A stretch of DNA of 53,558 nt from Octopus bimaculoides. Lineage: Eukaryota. The notes under the pieces were generated by a model. That model saw only the letters and a list, made by a program, of their open reading frames with translations, made no database searches and was not told where the DNA came from. Made by a program: the position numbers and the translations under genes. Where the stretch lies: positions 28,167,121 through 28,220,678 of the forward strand of contig NC_068998.1 in NCBI RefSeq assembly GCF_001194135.2, written 5' to 3'. Shown here one piece after another: positions 1 to 11,859 of this stretch (position 1 is its first letter; each line of letters starts with the position of its first letter).

Positions 1-1429
1 TTTACTATTCCAAAACAAAAAAAAAAGGACAAATTGATAATCTAGTCCTGATTGTATTGTCTGAAAATAAGATGGGATGGTCATGGCTGGAATGCTTTTT
101 TGATAAGTGTGCTTCAGTCATTTTGCTAGGTTTACTATAGTGCAGAGGAAGTGTTCATCAACATCATTTTATAAAGAAACTAATGTGGTAATTTATGAAA
201 AAAAAGCAGATGGGTTGCATCACTAGCAGTCTTAGTAAGTCATATGACAACCATCATATTAGAACAATGTAACAGGATAGTTGGGAGTGGCGATGGGGTA
301 ATGACACAAAACTATCAAAATAGGATTTTGATGGGGGGGGGGGTATTTTCTACAATTTATTTTTATTTTTCTGTAATTGTGAAGATTCAATGAATTTGTA
401 GCTGTGAGCCCTTCCACATATTGTTTACAGTTGAATACTATTACTTGCACAAATTAGATACAAATTAAAGCAAGAAGATAATGTGATGGTCAAGAATAGG
501 CTGCTTAAATTTGGAATCATTAATTAATGTACATTCACACATTGCGCTGCTTTGTATAGAAAATATTTTGTCATACCCAGTTGGAAAGGCTAAGCCAGTA
601 TATTACAATAAGTCCTTAAAAAAACAGGGGTCTGAAGTGATAAAAATTTATAAGTTAGAATTGCTGAATGTAATGTTGTGCTGTTTATATTAGATTGTTT
701 CAATATCATGAATAAAGACAGAAATGGATTTTATATATACAAGTTTAGTGTGTAGCTATGTTTTCAACAGGTTTTATATGTGGTAGTTAACATTCATTGA
801 AAAATTAGTTTCTTCAATAGTTTGTTTCATAATTTAGCTTCAGAAGCACTTTGAACATTTGACGACAGGTGATTAATGGAAAACATAGATGAAGAGAAAT
901 TTCAGTTCAAGAGTAGGACTAGATCAAATATGATAGTGTTTTTCTGCAGGATTATTGTTTATTGAGCTATTTTAATAGAGAATACAGCAAAAATGATTTT
1001 CGTTACTTCTTAAATTTTGAATTGATCCTTTAAAATCTATTTTATGCATTTAACTGTTTTCTAAAGGTTAAAAGGAAATGGAGTGCAAAAAAACTAAAAA
1101 GAAGAATGTGAGTAATTTAAACCTGTGCTCCTCTGCTGTACTTGAAAATGTCTAAAAATAATTAGAGGAACAATGGAATATTGTTTATTTCAAAGTTTTG
1201 TGTTCTGTTATTCTGGTCTTTCTGCACAAGACCATTGAATTAGCATGAACAAATATTTGTAAAACCTTTGCTCCAATAATAATATTCTAATATGCAAAAT
1301 GCTGCCATACTTCTGAAGCGTTACTGTGATGACAATGAAGTCTGTCATATCAGTACAGAAAAGTTGGTGTTTAGTTATGAGATTGTCATTTATGTACATT
1401 TAAAAAAAAAATCTTTTTGTTTTTTTCAG

Positions 1430-1618
1430 GTGGAAGGTTGCAGTTTTCCAACAACAATTCAAATTTTGTGGAAAGAAGAAGGTGTTAAAATGGCCTTTAA
1501 AGGCTTGTCTGCACGTGTAATTCAATCTGTTGTTTTTTCTTTTTTCATTATTCTTGGCTATGAATCAATCAAACGTTGTAGTTTACTAAAAGAGTACCAA
1601 AAAGACATCCGATGGTGA
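1430..1618 (+). CDS. SLC25A44: Last coding exon of mitochondrial carrier SLC25A44 ortholog (upstream exons not found in window)
   Basis: Acceptor tttttgtttttttcag ends at 1429. Phase-0 exon reads VEGCSFPTTIQILWKEEGVKMAFKGLSARVIQSVVFSFFIILGYESIKRCSLLKEYQKDIRW*, matching the recalled SLC25A44 C-terminus (VEG...EEG..GL.KGLSARII...GYE.LK..SL....RHW). Confidence 0.82.
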   Translation: MEGCSFPTTIQILWKEEGVKMAFKGLSARVIQSVVFSFFIILGYESIKRCSLLKEYQKDIRW

Positions 1619-1795
1619 TTTGAAAAGTTCCCACATTTAACTATATTGTTTAATCAAAAAATATATAGTTGGCATTTTTAAATGCAAATTTGTTTATTAT
1701 TTTCTATCTATTTATTTATATATTTATTTTATTTGGTTTGTGATTTGGTCATATCATATCCCATTATTGGCAGATTATAATTATAATTTCAGTTA

Positions 1796-1801
1796 AATAA
1801 A
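1796..1801 (+). promoter_or_regulatory. Candidate polyadenylation signal for SLC25A44
   Basis: AATAAA about 180 nt after the stop, followed by a T/GT-rich tract; AT-rich context makes chance matches common. Confidence 0.3.
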
Positions 1802-2007
1802 CTTACATTTTCCATTTAGTTGTTTTGTTTTTTTTTCAGTGGAGTTTAAATTTGTTTTCATAGAATTTCACTGCACCCATTTTTCATCTATTGTAGAATG
1901 TTTAACTGTATAATTAGGAATGTAATTAACAATTGTATATCATTTAATTACATTTCTTTATTTTGGAAGTGATTTTTTAATTGTTTTTGTTTGCATACGT
2001 TTTGACT

Positions 2008-2316
2008 GAAGGTGTGTGGTCTAGTGGTTAGGATATTTGGCTCATGATCGTGAGTTCGATTCCTGGTGGTGCATTGTATCCTTGAGCTAAATACTTTATT
2101 TCACATTACTCCAGTCCACTCAGCTGGCAAAATGAGTTGTACCTGTATTTCAAAGGGCCAACCTTGTGACATTCTGTGTCATGCTGAATCTCCCAGAGAA
2201 CAATGTTAAGGGTAGGTGTGTTTGTGGAGTGCTCAGCCACTCGCATGTTAATTTCACAAGCAGGCTGTTCCTTTGATTGGATCTACTGGAACCTTGTAGT
2301 AACCAACAGAGTGCCA
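2008..2316 (+). mobile_element. tRNA-derived SINE
   Basis: Pol III A-box-like tggtctagtgg and B-box-like gagttcgattcc, followed by a non-tRNA body; the cloverleaf is incomplete. Confidence 0.7.
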
Positions 2317-3887
2317 AATATCTTGCAGATATCTTTCATTTTCATAATTTTACAATACATATAAACATTTCCTTTTACTGAGGTTAAAATTCAAAACTTA
2401 CTTCCAATTCAGAAATTCAATGTAGTGAAAATTAAATTCACACTTCATCCAGTACAGTGATGATGTATTTCAATATAAGCAATGAGACTCTCCTTAAAAC
2501 CCTAATTCTTGGCAGAAACAGTTGAACTTTGTAGTATTTAGTTACATCCCTTCCATTCTTACTTCAAATCCCTCTGACAACAATAATGTCAGTACCAATA
2601 ATATCTTGGGAGTTAATTCAATCAACTATACCTGCCTCAAAATGTGTGACCTTGTGCCAAAATTAGAACACTACTATTACTAAAAGTGCAGGAGGTACAG
2701 AAAGCCAGGTGAGATACATTGTTATTTAATTTATTTTTTACTTCATGACTTTGGTTTTTCTTCTGTTTGAAGTCAATAGAACATTAATGGGTCAGTTTTA
2801 TTAACCAAGCAGCAAGATATGACTTAAGTCAAATTGATTCCTTTCTATATATTATCTTTAACACACAAGAAATTGACTAAAACTTTTTCCTTCAAAATTT
2901 GCCTGGTTCTTATTCATAAGAATTTGTTAATTTTTTTTTAATATAGTGGAAGGCAGGGGTATTGCAGAAGTACTAAAGTGTGAAGTTACTGTTATTTCAT
3001 TCCTGTACAAAAAGTTCAAGATTTGTATGGGTTAGCTTTACTCTCCATATCAATGAAATAAGTATCAAATTTACTATGATTCTGTTTCTCTCTTTAAATT
3101 CATGAAGAGAGTGATGGTATGCATTGTTGATTAATAACTAAGCTTTCAGGAAACTGGTTCTCAAGCCAGTTTTGATTTCCTGTTGAAGCTAATTTACTTT
3201 ACTTGTATTACAGGCAAAATGTTTGTGTGCTTGAATAAAATTTGTATTTAGTTTAGTGGAGTATGCTATAGTTCAGTGATGAATTTTCAACCATGTTCTA
3301 ATTTTCAATTGGAATTGCTTTCACTTACTTGGTAAAGGTACAAATACTTCTTCCCTTTTAATTAAAATCCCATACTAAACATTGGTGTAAGAAACTTTAT
3401 TATTACTTTGAAAGTCATCTTATGTGCCTGATCAACAACAAATGCAGTTGTGAGTGTATGCTAAAGTGTTGTGTTACACACATTGATATTCGTATCAGGA
3501 TGCCAGAATTAGTATTGACATGTATGGGTATCTTTAAAATGCATTCAAAAGATACAAAGAAGAATGTATGTTCTGTACAGGAATATATAGGATTAGTGAT
3601 GGTGATAGGTCATTGACGAAGGGGATTAAAAGATTTTGATAAAACATTGAAGTTGATAGATTAGGGGATCGAGAGGATGATGATATTTTGTCGATTAGTT
3701 TTGAAATTAGATGATTAATTCTGCTTCCCTCTTTAAATTTGTCGCTGTCTTTCTTATTTTTTCCTCTTTCTAATTGGCCTCTTTGTAATTATGTTTTATA
3801 TTAGATTATTTTTAATGCTAATCCTATCTCACTTCATGGCAGACATTATGTACTGGTGAAAAAGTCTTCCAATATTTGTAAGAAATA

Positions 3888-4110
3888 AGGTGATAAGCTG
3901 ACAGAATCATTAACACACCAGGCAAAATGCCTAGTGGCATTTCGTTTGTCTGTACACTCTGAGTTCAATTTCTACTGAGGTTGACTTTGCCTTTCATCCT
4001 TTTGGGGTCAATAAAATAAGTACCAGTTGAGCACTGAGGTTGATGTAATTGACATATCCTCTTCCTTGGAATTGAGGAGAGCCTGCCAAATGTACCAAAA
4101 TTTGAAACCA
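3888..4110 (+). mobile_element. SINE, abundant family (core ...gaggtcgactttgcctttcatcc...gataaaataagtaccag...)
   Basis: Same core recurs at about 19800, 26470, 32310, 32510, 33700, 36330, 36540, 40010 and 52590. Confidence 0.75.
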
Positions 4111-4729
4111 ATATTTTTGAGAAGTATTTTTCAGTTTCTTTTTGGATTCACTACATGTCATTTCTTCATATTTTCTAACCTTATAAAAATAATCTGTCAC
4201 TCTTGATTGGTGAAGGTTTCAATATTTTATCATAATACTACCTAATAGACCAATGTAACATCTTGTTCGACATTTTTTCCAGTTAATGGTTAATACAAAA
4301 TATCGTAATTTATATCATTTTAACCTTTCTACGTGGTTGTGTAGTTAAGAAGTTTCATATGCAGCCATGTGGTTTTCTAAGTAAAATTTAGTAGATGGTA
4401 GCTACAGTTCACATCTGTATGGAAATCCCTCACACACACACACATACACATGTGAAATTTGACTGGTGATGACTGCTGCTGTCATCTTGTGGTTGTTTTT
4501 AGTGTAAGAGGTAGAGAGAAAAATAGGGTTTGTTAAAAAAATAAAAGGGAGAAATTACCCTCAAGGGGAGAGAATTGCTGAGAGAGAGTTTCTTTTTATA
4601 TATACTTATTTTATTATGTTTCTATATAATTCATTTTTATTTACAAACAAATTTATAGGCACCAAGTGTATCAGTATGCTATAGAAAATAAAGGAATTCT
4701 CAAATGTAGCCTTTCTGCATTTGAGAATA

Positions 4730-4885
4730 GGTGTGTGATAAGAAGCTTACTTCCTAACCACATTGTTCCAGGTTCACTTCCACTGTGTGGCACCTTGAGC
4801 ACAAGTGTCTTCTCCTTTAGCTTTGAGCCAAACAAAACCTTGTAAGTGGATTTCGTAGACGGAAACTGAAAGAAGCCTGATGTCG
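4730..4885 (+). mobile_element. SINE fragment (family with aagtgtcttc...gtaagtggattt...gacggaaactgaaagaagcc)
   Basis: Reverse-complement homolog at about 28780-28890. Confidence 0.6.
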
Positions 4886-6330
4886 GATTGAAAGACAATG
4901 TGTGAGAGAAAATTGTGATACTACAGGAGAGAAATGTGTCCGCATGGATGATGGTGCGCTTGCTTTTAATGATTCTGCAAAGAAAGAGGTTTGGAGAAGC
5001 CATTATGAAAGACTGCTGAATGTGGAGAATGAATGGGAGGAGGAGAGCCTGCCAAATGTTGAGCCAGTAGAGGGACCAGCTATCCGAATAGATAGCACCC
5101 TGGTAAATAAAGCAATTAAGGATATGAAATCAGGAAAAGCCCTGGCCCATCAGGAATCACTGCTAAGATGCTTAAAATATCTGGTGGTGTGGGTTATGGT
5201 CTAGTCACCCAAATTGAAAACAAGGTAGTTCACGAAGGATTCATACCCAATGACCGGCATAGTAGCGCCATAGTCAACTGCTACAAAGGTAAAAGTGATG
5301 CTTTAGATAAGAATAACTACAAGGGTATCAAACTGCTGGATCAGGTGATGAAGGTTGCAGATGATGGGTCATAGCCCAACTAATTAGGGAGAGAGTCTGC
5401 TTAGATGAAATGCAGTTCGATTTTGTGCCAGGTAGAAGCACCACTGATGCTATATTCCTGGTAAGGCAACTGCAGGCGAAATACCTAGCCAAAGATAAAC
5501 CCCTATACTTAGCTTTTGTTGACTTGGAGAAAGCCTTTGATAGGGTCCCCTGATCCCATATCTGGTGGGCGATGTGGAAACTAGGGATAGACATGTGATT
5601 AATAAAAGCTGTACAGGGGCGCTGTCAGTAAGGTAAGGGTCAGCAATGAGTATGGTGAAGAATTCCGAGTAGAAGTGGAGGTTCACCAAGGATCAGCCCT
5701 CAGCCTCCTCTTATTCACCATAGTCTTCCAGGCAATAACACAGGAATTCAAGACAGGATGTCACTGGGAGCTCCTCTATGCTGATGACCTTGCTCTCATA
5801 GCAGAATCACTACTAGAACTAGAGAAGAAATTTCAGGTGTGGAAGCAAAGGTAAGAATTGAAGGGTCTTAGAATCAATCGAGTAGAAACCCAAATCCTAG
5901 TAAATAAGAAGGCGAACACATCACAAACCCCTTCAGGTAGATGGCCCTTCTCAATCTGTAGAAAAGGTATTGGTAGAAACTCCCTAAGATGTACCCAGTG
6001 TAAGCTATGGACACATAAGAGGTGCAGCAACATCAAAGGAAGGTTAACCAGGAAGATAGCTTTCAGGTACGGCAGATGCACAGGGGCAGTAAACACTGCA
6101 AATGCTCAGAAAACTGATTCCACCACATGCCAGGGGAAGAAACTAGAAGTAGTTGATAGCTTCCGCTACCTAGGTGACCAAGTCTGCAGTAGGGGTGGAA
6201 ACTTGGAGAGCACTGCCACTAGAATAAGAATAGCCTGGGTAAAGTTCAGAAAGCTCCTACTTCTACTGGTGACAAAGGGCCTCTCACTCAGAGGGAAAGG
6301 TAGATTGTAGGATGCATGTGTGTGAACTGC
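4886..6330 (+). mobile_element. Degenerate RTE-clade LINE ORF: linker plus reverse transcriptase with PHD-like insert
   Basis: Frameshifted pieces: WRSHYERLLNVENEW, YKGIKLLDQVMKV, MQFDFVPGRSTTDAIF, AFVDLEKAFDRVP, VHQGSALSLLLF, LLYADDL, LEVVDSFRYLGD, RIRIAWVKFRKL. Multiple stops. Confidence 0.9.
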
Positions 6331-6730
6331 GGAAATAGCTCTTGCTGTCATATTTTGCAAAACTAGTCCAAGCTTAACTATCCAATCACACACTTCAACA
6401 ATCTGAACCACTTTAACCATTACTTGACCAAACATTTGCCTCCTCCCCACCACAAAATCACTAATGCCTATTCAGTATTTATACCTATGTTCCTTGCCTG
6501 CAAAAAGCCTGGCAGAGGCTCCTCTTCAACTTATCTCTTACACACAGCACATGTTTACATACCTCCTCTCCAGCATTTTAACAATCTCATTGGATCTATC
6601 TTCCATGGTACCTACACCAATTGTGGCTACTCTAAAGTTACTGACATAGGAACAGTTTACAGCACCTGAACAGAAGAAGGCTTGTGGGAACCTTTACCAG
6701 CAGGCAAAGGGATCTTGCACATGTCTAGTT
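6331..6730 (-). mobile_element. Inverted N-terminal AP-endonuclease fragment of an RTE LINE
   Basis: Minus-strand frames give FRVATIGVGTMEDRSNEIVKMLERRYVNMCCV*E and VVQIVEVCDWIVKLGLVLQNMTARAISA, typical of an RTE APE start. Confidence 0.75.
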
Positions 6731-7060
6731 ATTCAAGTATTACCATCTAATGACCTACTATTTCTTTCAGATTCTCATACCATAAGGACCAAGCAAAAGC
6801 AAAAAAATAAAAGTGGGTACAAATCCAGTGATGATGAGTTTGTGTACATACAATCACCACACACATGTACACATATATATAGCTTGACATATATACATCA
6901 AGCTAAGTAAAACTGTGGTTGCCATATATACACGTATGCCTTCTACATTCCTCTTTCAGTCTACGGCTCCTTCCTTTCAGAGCTCATGAGTGCTGGTGTC
7001 ACATAATAGTGCCCATGCTGGGGTTAGTATTGACCTCCCTAATATTAACCATGTAAAAAG

Positions 7061-7200
7061 TGGTTAGTATTAGGGAGGTCAACCAGCTGTAGAAACCATA
7101 CCAAAATAGAACTTAGGTAGCTCCTCAGCTGGCCGGATCCTGTCAAATCATCCCACCCATGCCAGCATGGAAAGCAGACATTGAATAATGATGATAATAA
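7061..7200 (+). repeat. RTE-tail-like dispersed repeat, short copy
   Basis: ccagctgtagaaac...ccatgccagcatggaaagcagac followed by an aat/gat tail; homologous to 7350-7738, 11860-12400 and 24930-25140. Confidence 0.65.
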
Positions 7201-7349
7201 TGTATGTATATGTATATGTCTTAAATATATATAGCTGAAATTTACAGAAAAGCACAAGACGAAGACAGGTGTATGAACAACAGAAAGGAATAAGAGAAAA
7301 TAAACAGAGTGAGAATAAAAAAAAATTATGGAATTAGCGATCAAGCATG

Positions 7350-7738
7350 GCAGCCTGTCTGGCTTCCATGCCAGTGGCACGTAAATAGCGCCATTTGAGC
7401 ATGATCATTACCAGCGTTGCCTTCCTGGCACGTGAAAAGACATTTGAGCGAGATCATTGCCAGTCACGCTGGACTGGCTCCTGTGCAGGTGGCACGTAAG
7501 ATACACCATTTTGAGCGTGGCCATTGCCAGTACCTGACTGGCCTTCATGCCGGTGGCAAGTAAAAGCACCCACTACACACTCGGAGTGGTTGGCATTAGG
7601 AAGGGCATTCAGCTGTAGAAACTCTGCCAAATCAGATTGGAGCCTGGTGTAGACATCTGGTTCACCAGTCCTCAGTCAAATCGTCCAACCCATGCTAGCA
7701 TGGAAAGCGGACGTTAAACGATGATGATGATGATGATG
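7350..7738 (+). mobile_element. Non-autonomous RTE-tail-like retroposon with internal GC-rich subrepeats and (GAT)n tail
   Basis: Ends ...ccatgctagcatggaaagcggacgttaaacgatgatgatgatgatgatg; a near-identical reverse copy starts at about 11860. Confidence 0.7.
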
Positions 7739-7793
<55 letters not shown>

Positions 7794-8390
7794 GTATAAT
7801 AATAATATTAGGGAAAAAATTTCAAATTTATATCAAATCTCCAAGAAGTTAAGGAAATAGACAAAGAACATGTCTTCTCCTTAACTCCTTGGAGATTTTA
7901 GGTATAATTATACTAATGTGTCCATCTGTTCTAATCTAATTAGATTCTATGTCTAAATTGATGTAATGATTGCATTGTTCAATTAAATGGAGTTGCATGA
8001 AACGATTGTACTGCATTACCTCTGGATATCCTTGTTGCTTATTTTGATTTTAATCACCTTACTTTGAAATTGTATGGATAATACCATACTAAATTCTGGT
8101 GCCTCAACATAAGTACCATATTCATCTGAATATATATATATATATGTATATATAACACCGTTTACCACCTCTATGCTTGGAACGACCAATTTCAAATACT
8201 ATTGGAACTTACTCACAAGGTACAGGAATCTTATATATATATATATATATATATATATACCATTCTGCTTAAATAATGGAACTACAGGTACAATATGCCT
8301 GCATATCTCACGTCTATTTTCATTCCTCCATTTCATTCTCTATTTCATATCTTATCTAGAATAACTATTGTTTAACTATTTTCTCACACC

Positions 8391-8437
8391 ATCTGTGATG
8401 AAGGGATATATAAAATATCCCGGAAACAGCTGTAAGA
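8391..8437 (+). ncRNA. Degenerate minimal type-I hammerhead ribozyme motif (Penelope-type terminal repeat)
   Basis: atct GTGATGA a gggatat ataaa atatccc g GAAAC agct GTA agac. C3 is replaced by G; 7-bp stem II; palindromic ACAGCTGT stem III. Confidence 0.6.
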
Positions 8438-8512
8438 CCTATTTATAAATGTTCTGAAATCTTTCACAGCCTTGGATTTTGGGATTTTTATCTCATTCTG
8501 TTAATTTTTATA

Positions 8513-8563
8513 TGTATGTATGTATGTATGTGTGTAAGAATGAATGTATGTATGTATGTATGT

Positions 8564-8632
<69 letters not shown>
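8513..8632. repeat. Compound microsatellite (TATG)n/(CA)n/(TA)n
   Basis: Directly visible; lies between the two inverted hammerhead-bearing repeats. Confidence 0.95.
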
Positions 8633-8634
<2 letters not shown>

Positions 8635-8707
8635 TAGACAAAATGAGATAAACCCAAGGCTGTGAGGAGTTTTCAGGACATTTATAAGGAAAAAGATATA
8701 GATTATA

Positions 8708-8755
8708 GTCTTACAGTTGTTTCTAGGATATTATGGATATCCCTTCATCAGAGAC
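8708..8755 (-). ncRNA. Minimal type-I hammerhead ribozyme motif with intact core
   Basis: Minus strand: gtct CTGATGA agggatat ccata atatccta GAAAC aact GTA agac. Stem I gtct/agac, conserved CUGAUGA and GAAA, GUA cleavage triplet. Confidence 0.75.
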
Positions 8756-8867
8756 AATGTGAGATGGNNNNNNNNNNNNNNNNNNNNNNNNNNNNNNNNN
8801 NNNNNNNNNNNNNNNNNNNNNNNNNNNNNNNNNNNNNNNNNNNNNNNNNNNNNNNNNNNNNNNNNNN

Positions 8868-9760
8868 TGGTTCCAAAGCTCTCATTCAGGAGATGATAGC
8901 CTTGAAAATAAACCAAGAGGTAAGCCAAAATCAGTTATTCGGCATGATGGATTAAATGTTATGGTTGAACAAAATCCAAGAACAAAGGTTTGAAAAACTT
9001 TCATCAGAACTCCAAACATTTCACACAACTGTTTTTGGACACCTGTGAAAAATTGGAAAAGTCAAGAAAACGGATAGGTTTGTTCCACATCAACTGAACA
9101 AGATTCAAATAAAGAGACGCCTCGAAGTGTGCCTTCTCGACTGGAAAAAGACCATTTTTGCATCCAATCATTACTTGTGCGGAGAAATGGATACTCTTTG
9201 ACAACAGCAGGAGAAGAGGACAGTGAGTAGATGCAGGAGAGTCACCTAAACACTACCCAAACCCACCATTGCAACCTAAAAAGTTAGTGGTCACTGTATG
9301 GTGGTCTGCAAAAGGAGTTATTCATTATTTATTTTTGCAACAAGGAAAAACGGTAACAGCAACATCGTACTGCCAGGAAATTGATTATATGCATGAGAAT
9401 TTGAAAAAGAAGCAACCCAGACTAATGAATAGAGATGGCCTAATTTTGCTCCACAACAATGCACATCCTCACACTCCTCAAGCTATGGTCCAAAAGTTGC
9501 AAAGCCTGAATTATGAGATTTTGCAACATCCTCCCTATTCCCCTGATATCTCTCCTACTGATCATCTCTTATTTAAGCATTTTGAGTTTTTCATAAGCAA
9601 TAAAACGTTCTTAAATAAAGAAGAGGTAATTGAAGCATTCGGACAGTTTATCACAGCAAAAGATGAATTTTTTTTAAGATGGAATACATGATGCACAGAA
9701 ATGTTGGCTAAACATCACAAATGAACATGGGTCATATTTTGATTAAATAAATCAGTTCTC
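8868..9760 (+). mobile_element. Mariner transposase pseudogene (Hsmar1/SETMAR-like)
   Basis: Frameshifted pieces IGKVKKTDRFVPHQL, IITCAEKWILFDN, KKLVVTVWWSAKGVIHY, LHNNAHPHT, QHPPYSPDISPTDHLLFKHFE; the 5' end falls in an N gap. Confidence 0.9.
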
Positions 9761-9786
9761 TAACACTTCTGAAGCATCGTCTGAAG

Positions 9787-10046
9787 CATGCTCAAAATGG
9801 TGTATTTTAGGTGCCACCTGCACAGGAGCCAGTCCAGGGGCACAGGCAACGATCTCGCTCGAAAATCCTACAAAGGCCAGTCAGGCGGTACTGGAAACGG
9901 CCATGCTCAAAATGGTGTATTTTATGTGCCACCCGCACAAGAGCCAGTCCAGGGGCACTGGCAACGATCAAGAGTGTAACTGGGTGTCTTTTTCATATGC
10001 ATCACTGGTACTGGTGCCTTTTATGCGTCACTGGCATGGGTATCTT
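9787..10046. repeat. Two ~115-bp tandem units belonging to the RTE-tail-like repeat family
   Basis: catgctcaaaatggtgtattt...gagccagtccaggggcac.ggcaacgatc starts at 9787 and at 9902; similar to subrepeats at 12060-12300. Confidence 0.75.
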
Positions 10047-10747
10047 NNNNNNNNNNNNNNNNNNNNNNNNNNNNNNNNNNNNNNNNNNNNNNNNNNNNNN
10101 NNNNNNNNNNNNNNNNNNNNNNNNNNNNNNNNNNNNNNNNNNNNNNNNNNNNNNNNNNNNNNNNNNNNNNNNNNNNNNNNNNNNNNNNNNNNNNNNNNNN
10201 NNNNNNNNNNNNNNNNNNNNNNNNNNNNNNNNNNNNNNNNNNNNNNNNNNNNNNNNNNNNNNNNNNNNNNNNNNNNNNNNNNNNNNNNNNNNNNNNNNNN
10301 NNNNNNNNNNNNNNNNNNNNNNNNNNNNNNNNNNNNNNNNNNNNNNNNNNNNNNNNNNNNNNNNNNNNNNNNNNNNNNNNNNNNNNNNNNNNNNNNNNNN
10401 NNNNNNNNNNNNNNNNNNNNNNNNNNNNNNNNNNNNNNNNNNNNNNNNNNNNNNNNNNNNNNNNNNNNNNNNNNNNNNNNNNNNNNNNNNNNNNNNNNNN
10501 NNNNNNNNNNNNNNNNNNNNNNNNNNNNNNNNNNNNNNNNNNNNNNNNNNNNNNNNNNNNNNNNNNNNNNNNNNNNNNNNNNNNNNNNNNNNNNNNNNNN
10601 NNNNNNNNNNNNNNNNNNNNNNNNNNNNNNNNNNNNNNNNNNNNNNNNNNNNNNNNNNNNNNNNNNNNNNNNNNNNNNNNNNNNNNNNNNNNNNNNNNNN
10701 NNNNNNNNNNNNNNNNNNNNNNNNNNNNNNNNNNNNNNNNNNNNNNN

Positions 10748-10802
<55 letters not shown>

Positions 10803-11859
10803 TATATCATTATGACTGAACACTATGCATCTTCTTCCAAGTAAGTTTTATCTTAATTCTGATGCACACTCTATACGATCTTTTCACTCTTTCGTTTTTT
10901 TCTCTCTCTTATTTTTTTACCTCCTCTTCTCCCATTATTCTATCCTATTACTCTGTCACACTCTCTCCCTCACTCCACCTCTCTTGCTCACGTGGCTCCT
11001 ATGTGACCATCAGCCATCTTTCTTTCTCTCCGTTGTAGCTGGAACAAGAAAGACGTTGATTTATGCATTTGCCACCACAACCTCATTTAGGCTTAGCAGC
11101 ACTTCCTGTTTGTGTTACCAATTTTGACCCTCTGCAAAATCCTAAATTTTATTTAATTTGCTTTGCGGGAGCAACTGTTTTATCGAAAGTGTATATTGTC
11201 GTTAAATGCCTGAAATATGAGACTAGAAAAACAGCCAACAAAGGATGAAGGGTCGATCTTTATGTTGTTTGTTTTGTTTTCCATTTGTGCCTTCCATTGT
11301 TCAAAAGAATAGTTTAAGTTCCATGTACTCATGCTTCGTAGTTTTTTGTTGTACACGTTTCACAACATCTTGTGCCCACATATGCATATATATATATACA
11401 TATAGATGTAAGTATGTACATATACGTATGTGTATATATATATATATATATATATNNNNNNNNNNNNNNNNNNNNNNNNNNNNNNNNNNNNNNNNNNNNN
11501 NNNNNNNNNNNNNNNNNNNNNNNNNNNNNNNNNNNNNNNNNNNNNNNNNNNNNNNNNNNNNNNNNNNNNNNNNNNNNNNNNNNNNNNNNNNNNNNNNNNN
11601 NNNNNNNNNNNNNNNNNNNNNNNNNNNNNNNNNNNNNNNNNNNNNNNNNNNNNNNNNNNNNNNNNNNNNNNNNNNNNNNNNNNNNNNNNNNNNNNNNNNN
11701 NNNNNNNNNNNNNNNNNNNNNNNNNNNNNNNNNNNNNNNNNNNNNNNNNNNNNNNNNNNNNNNNNNNNNNNNNNNNNNNNNNNNNNNNNNNNNNTAGATA
11801 ATTCTTTAAAGTAAAGACTTAGAAGATTTAGAAATAATAATGTTTCTAAATATATATAT

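Noticed and set aside
2008-2080. tRNA-like sequence (also 42130-42208)
   Set aside because: A/B boxes are present but there is no complete cloverleaf, and a repeat body follows; these are SINE heads, not tRNA genes.
8868-9691. Possible SETMAR host gene
   Set aside because: No SET domain, and the sequence has stops and frameshifts; it is an ordinary mariner pseudogene.
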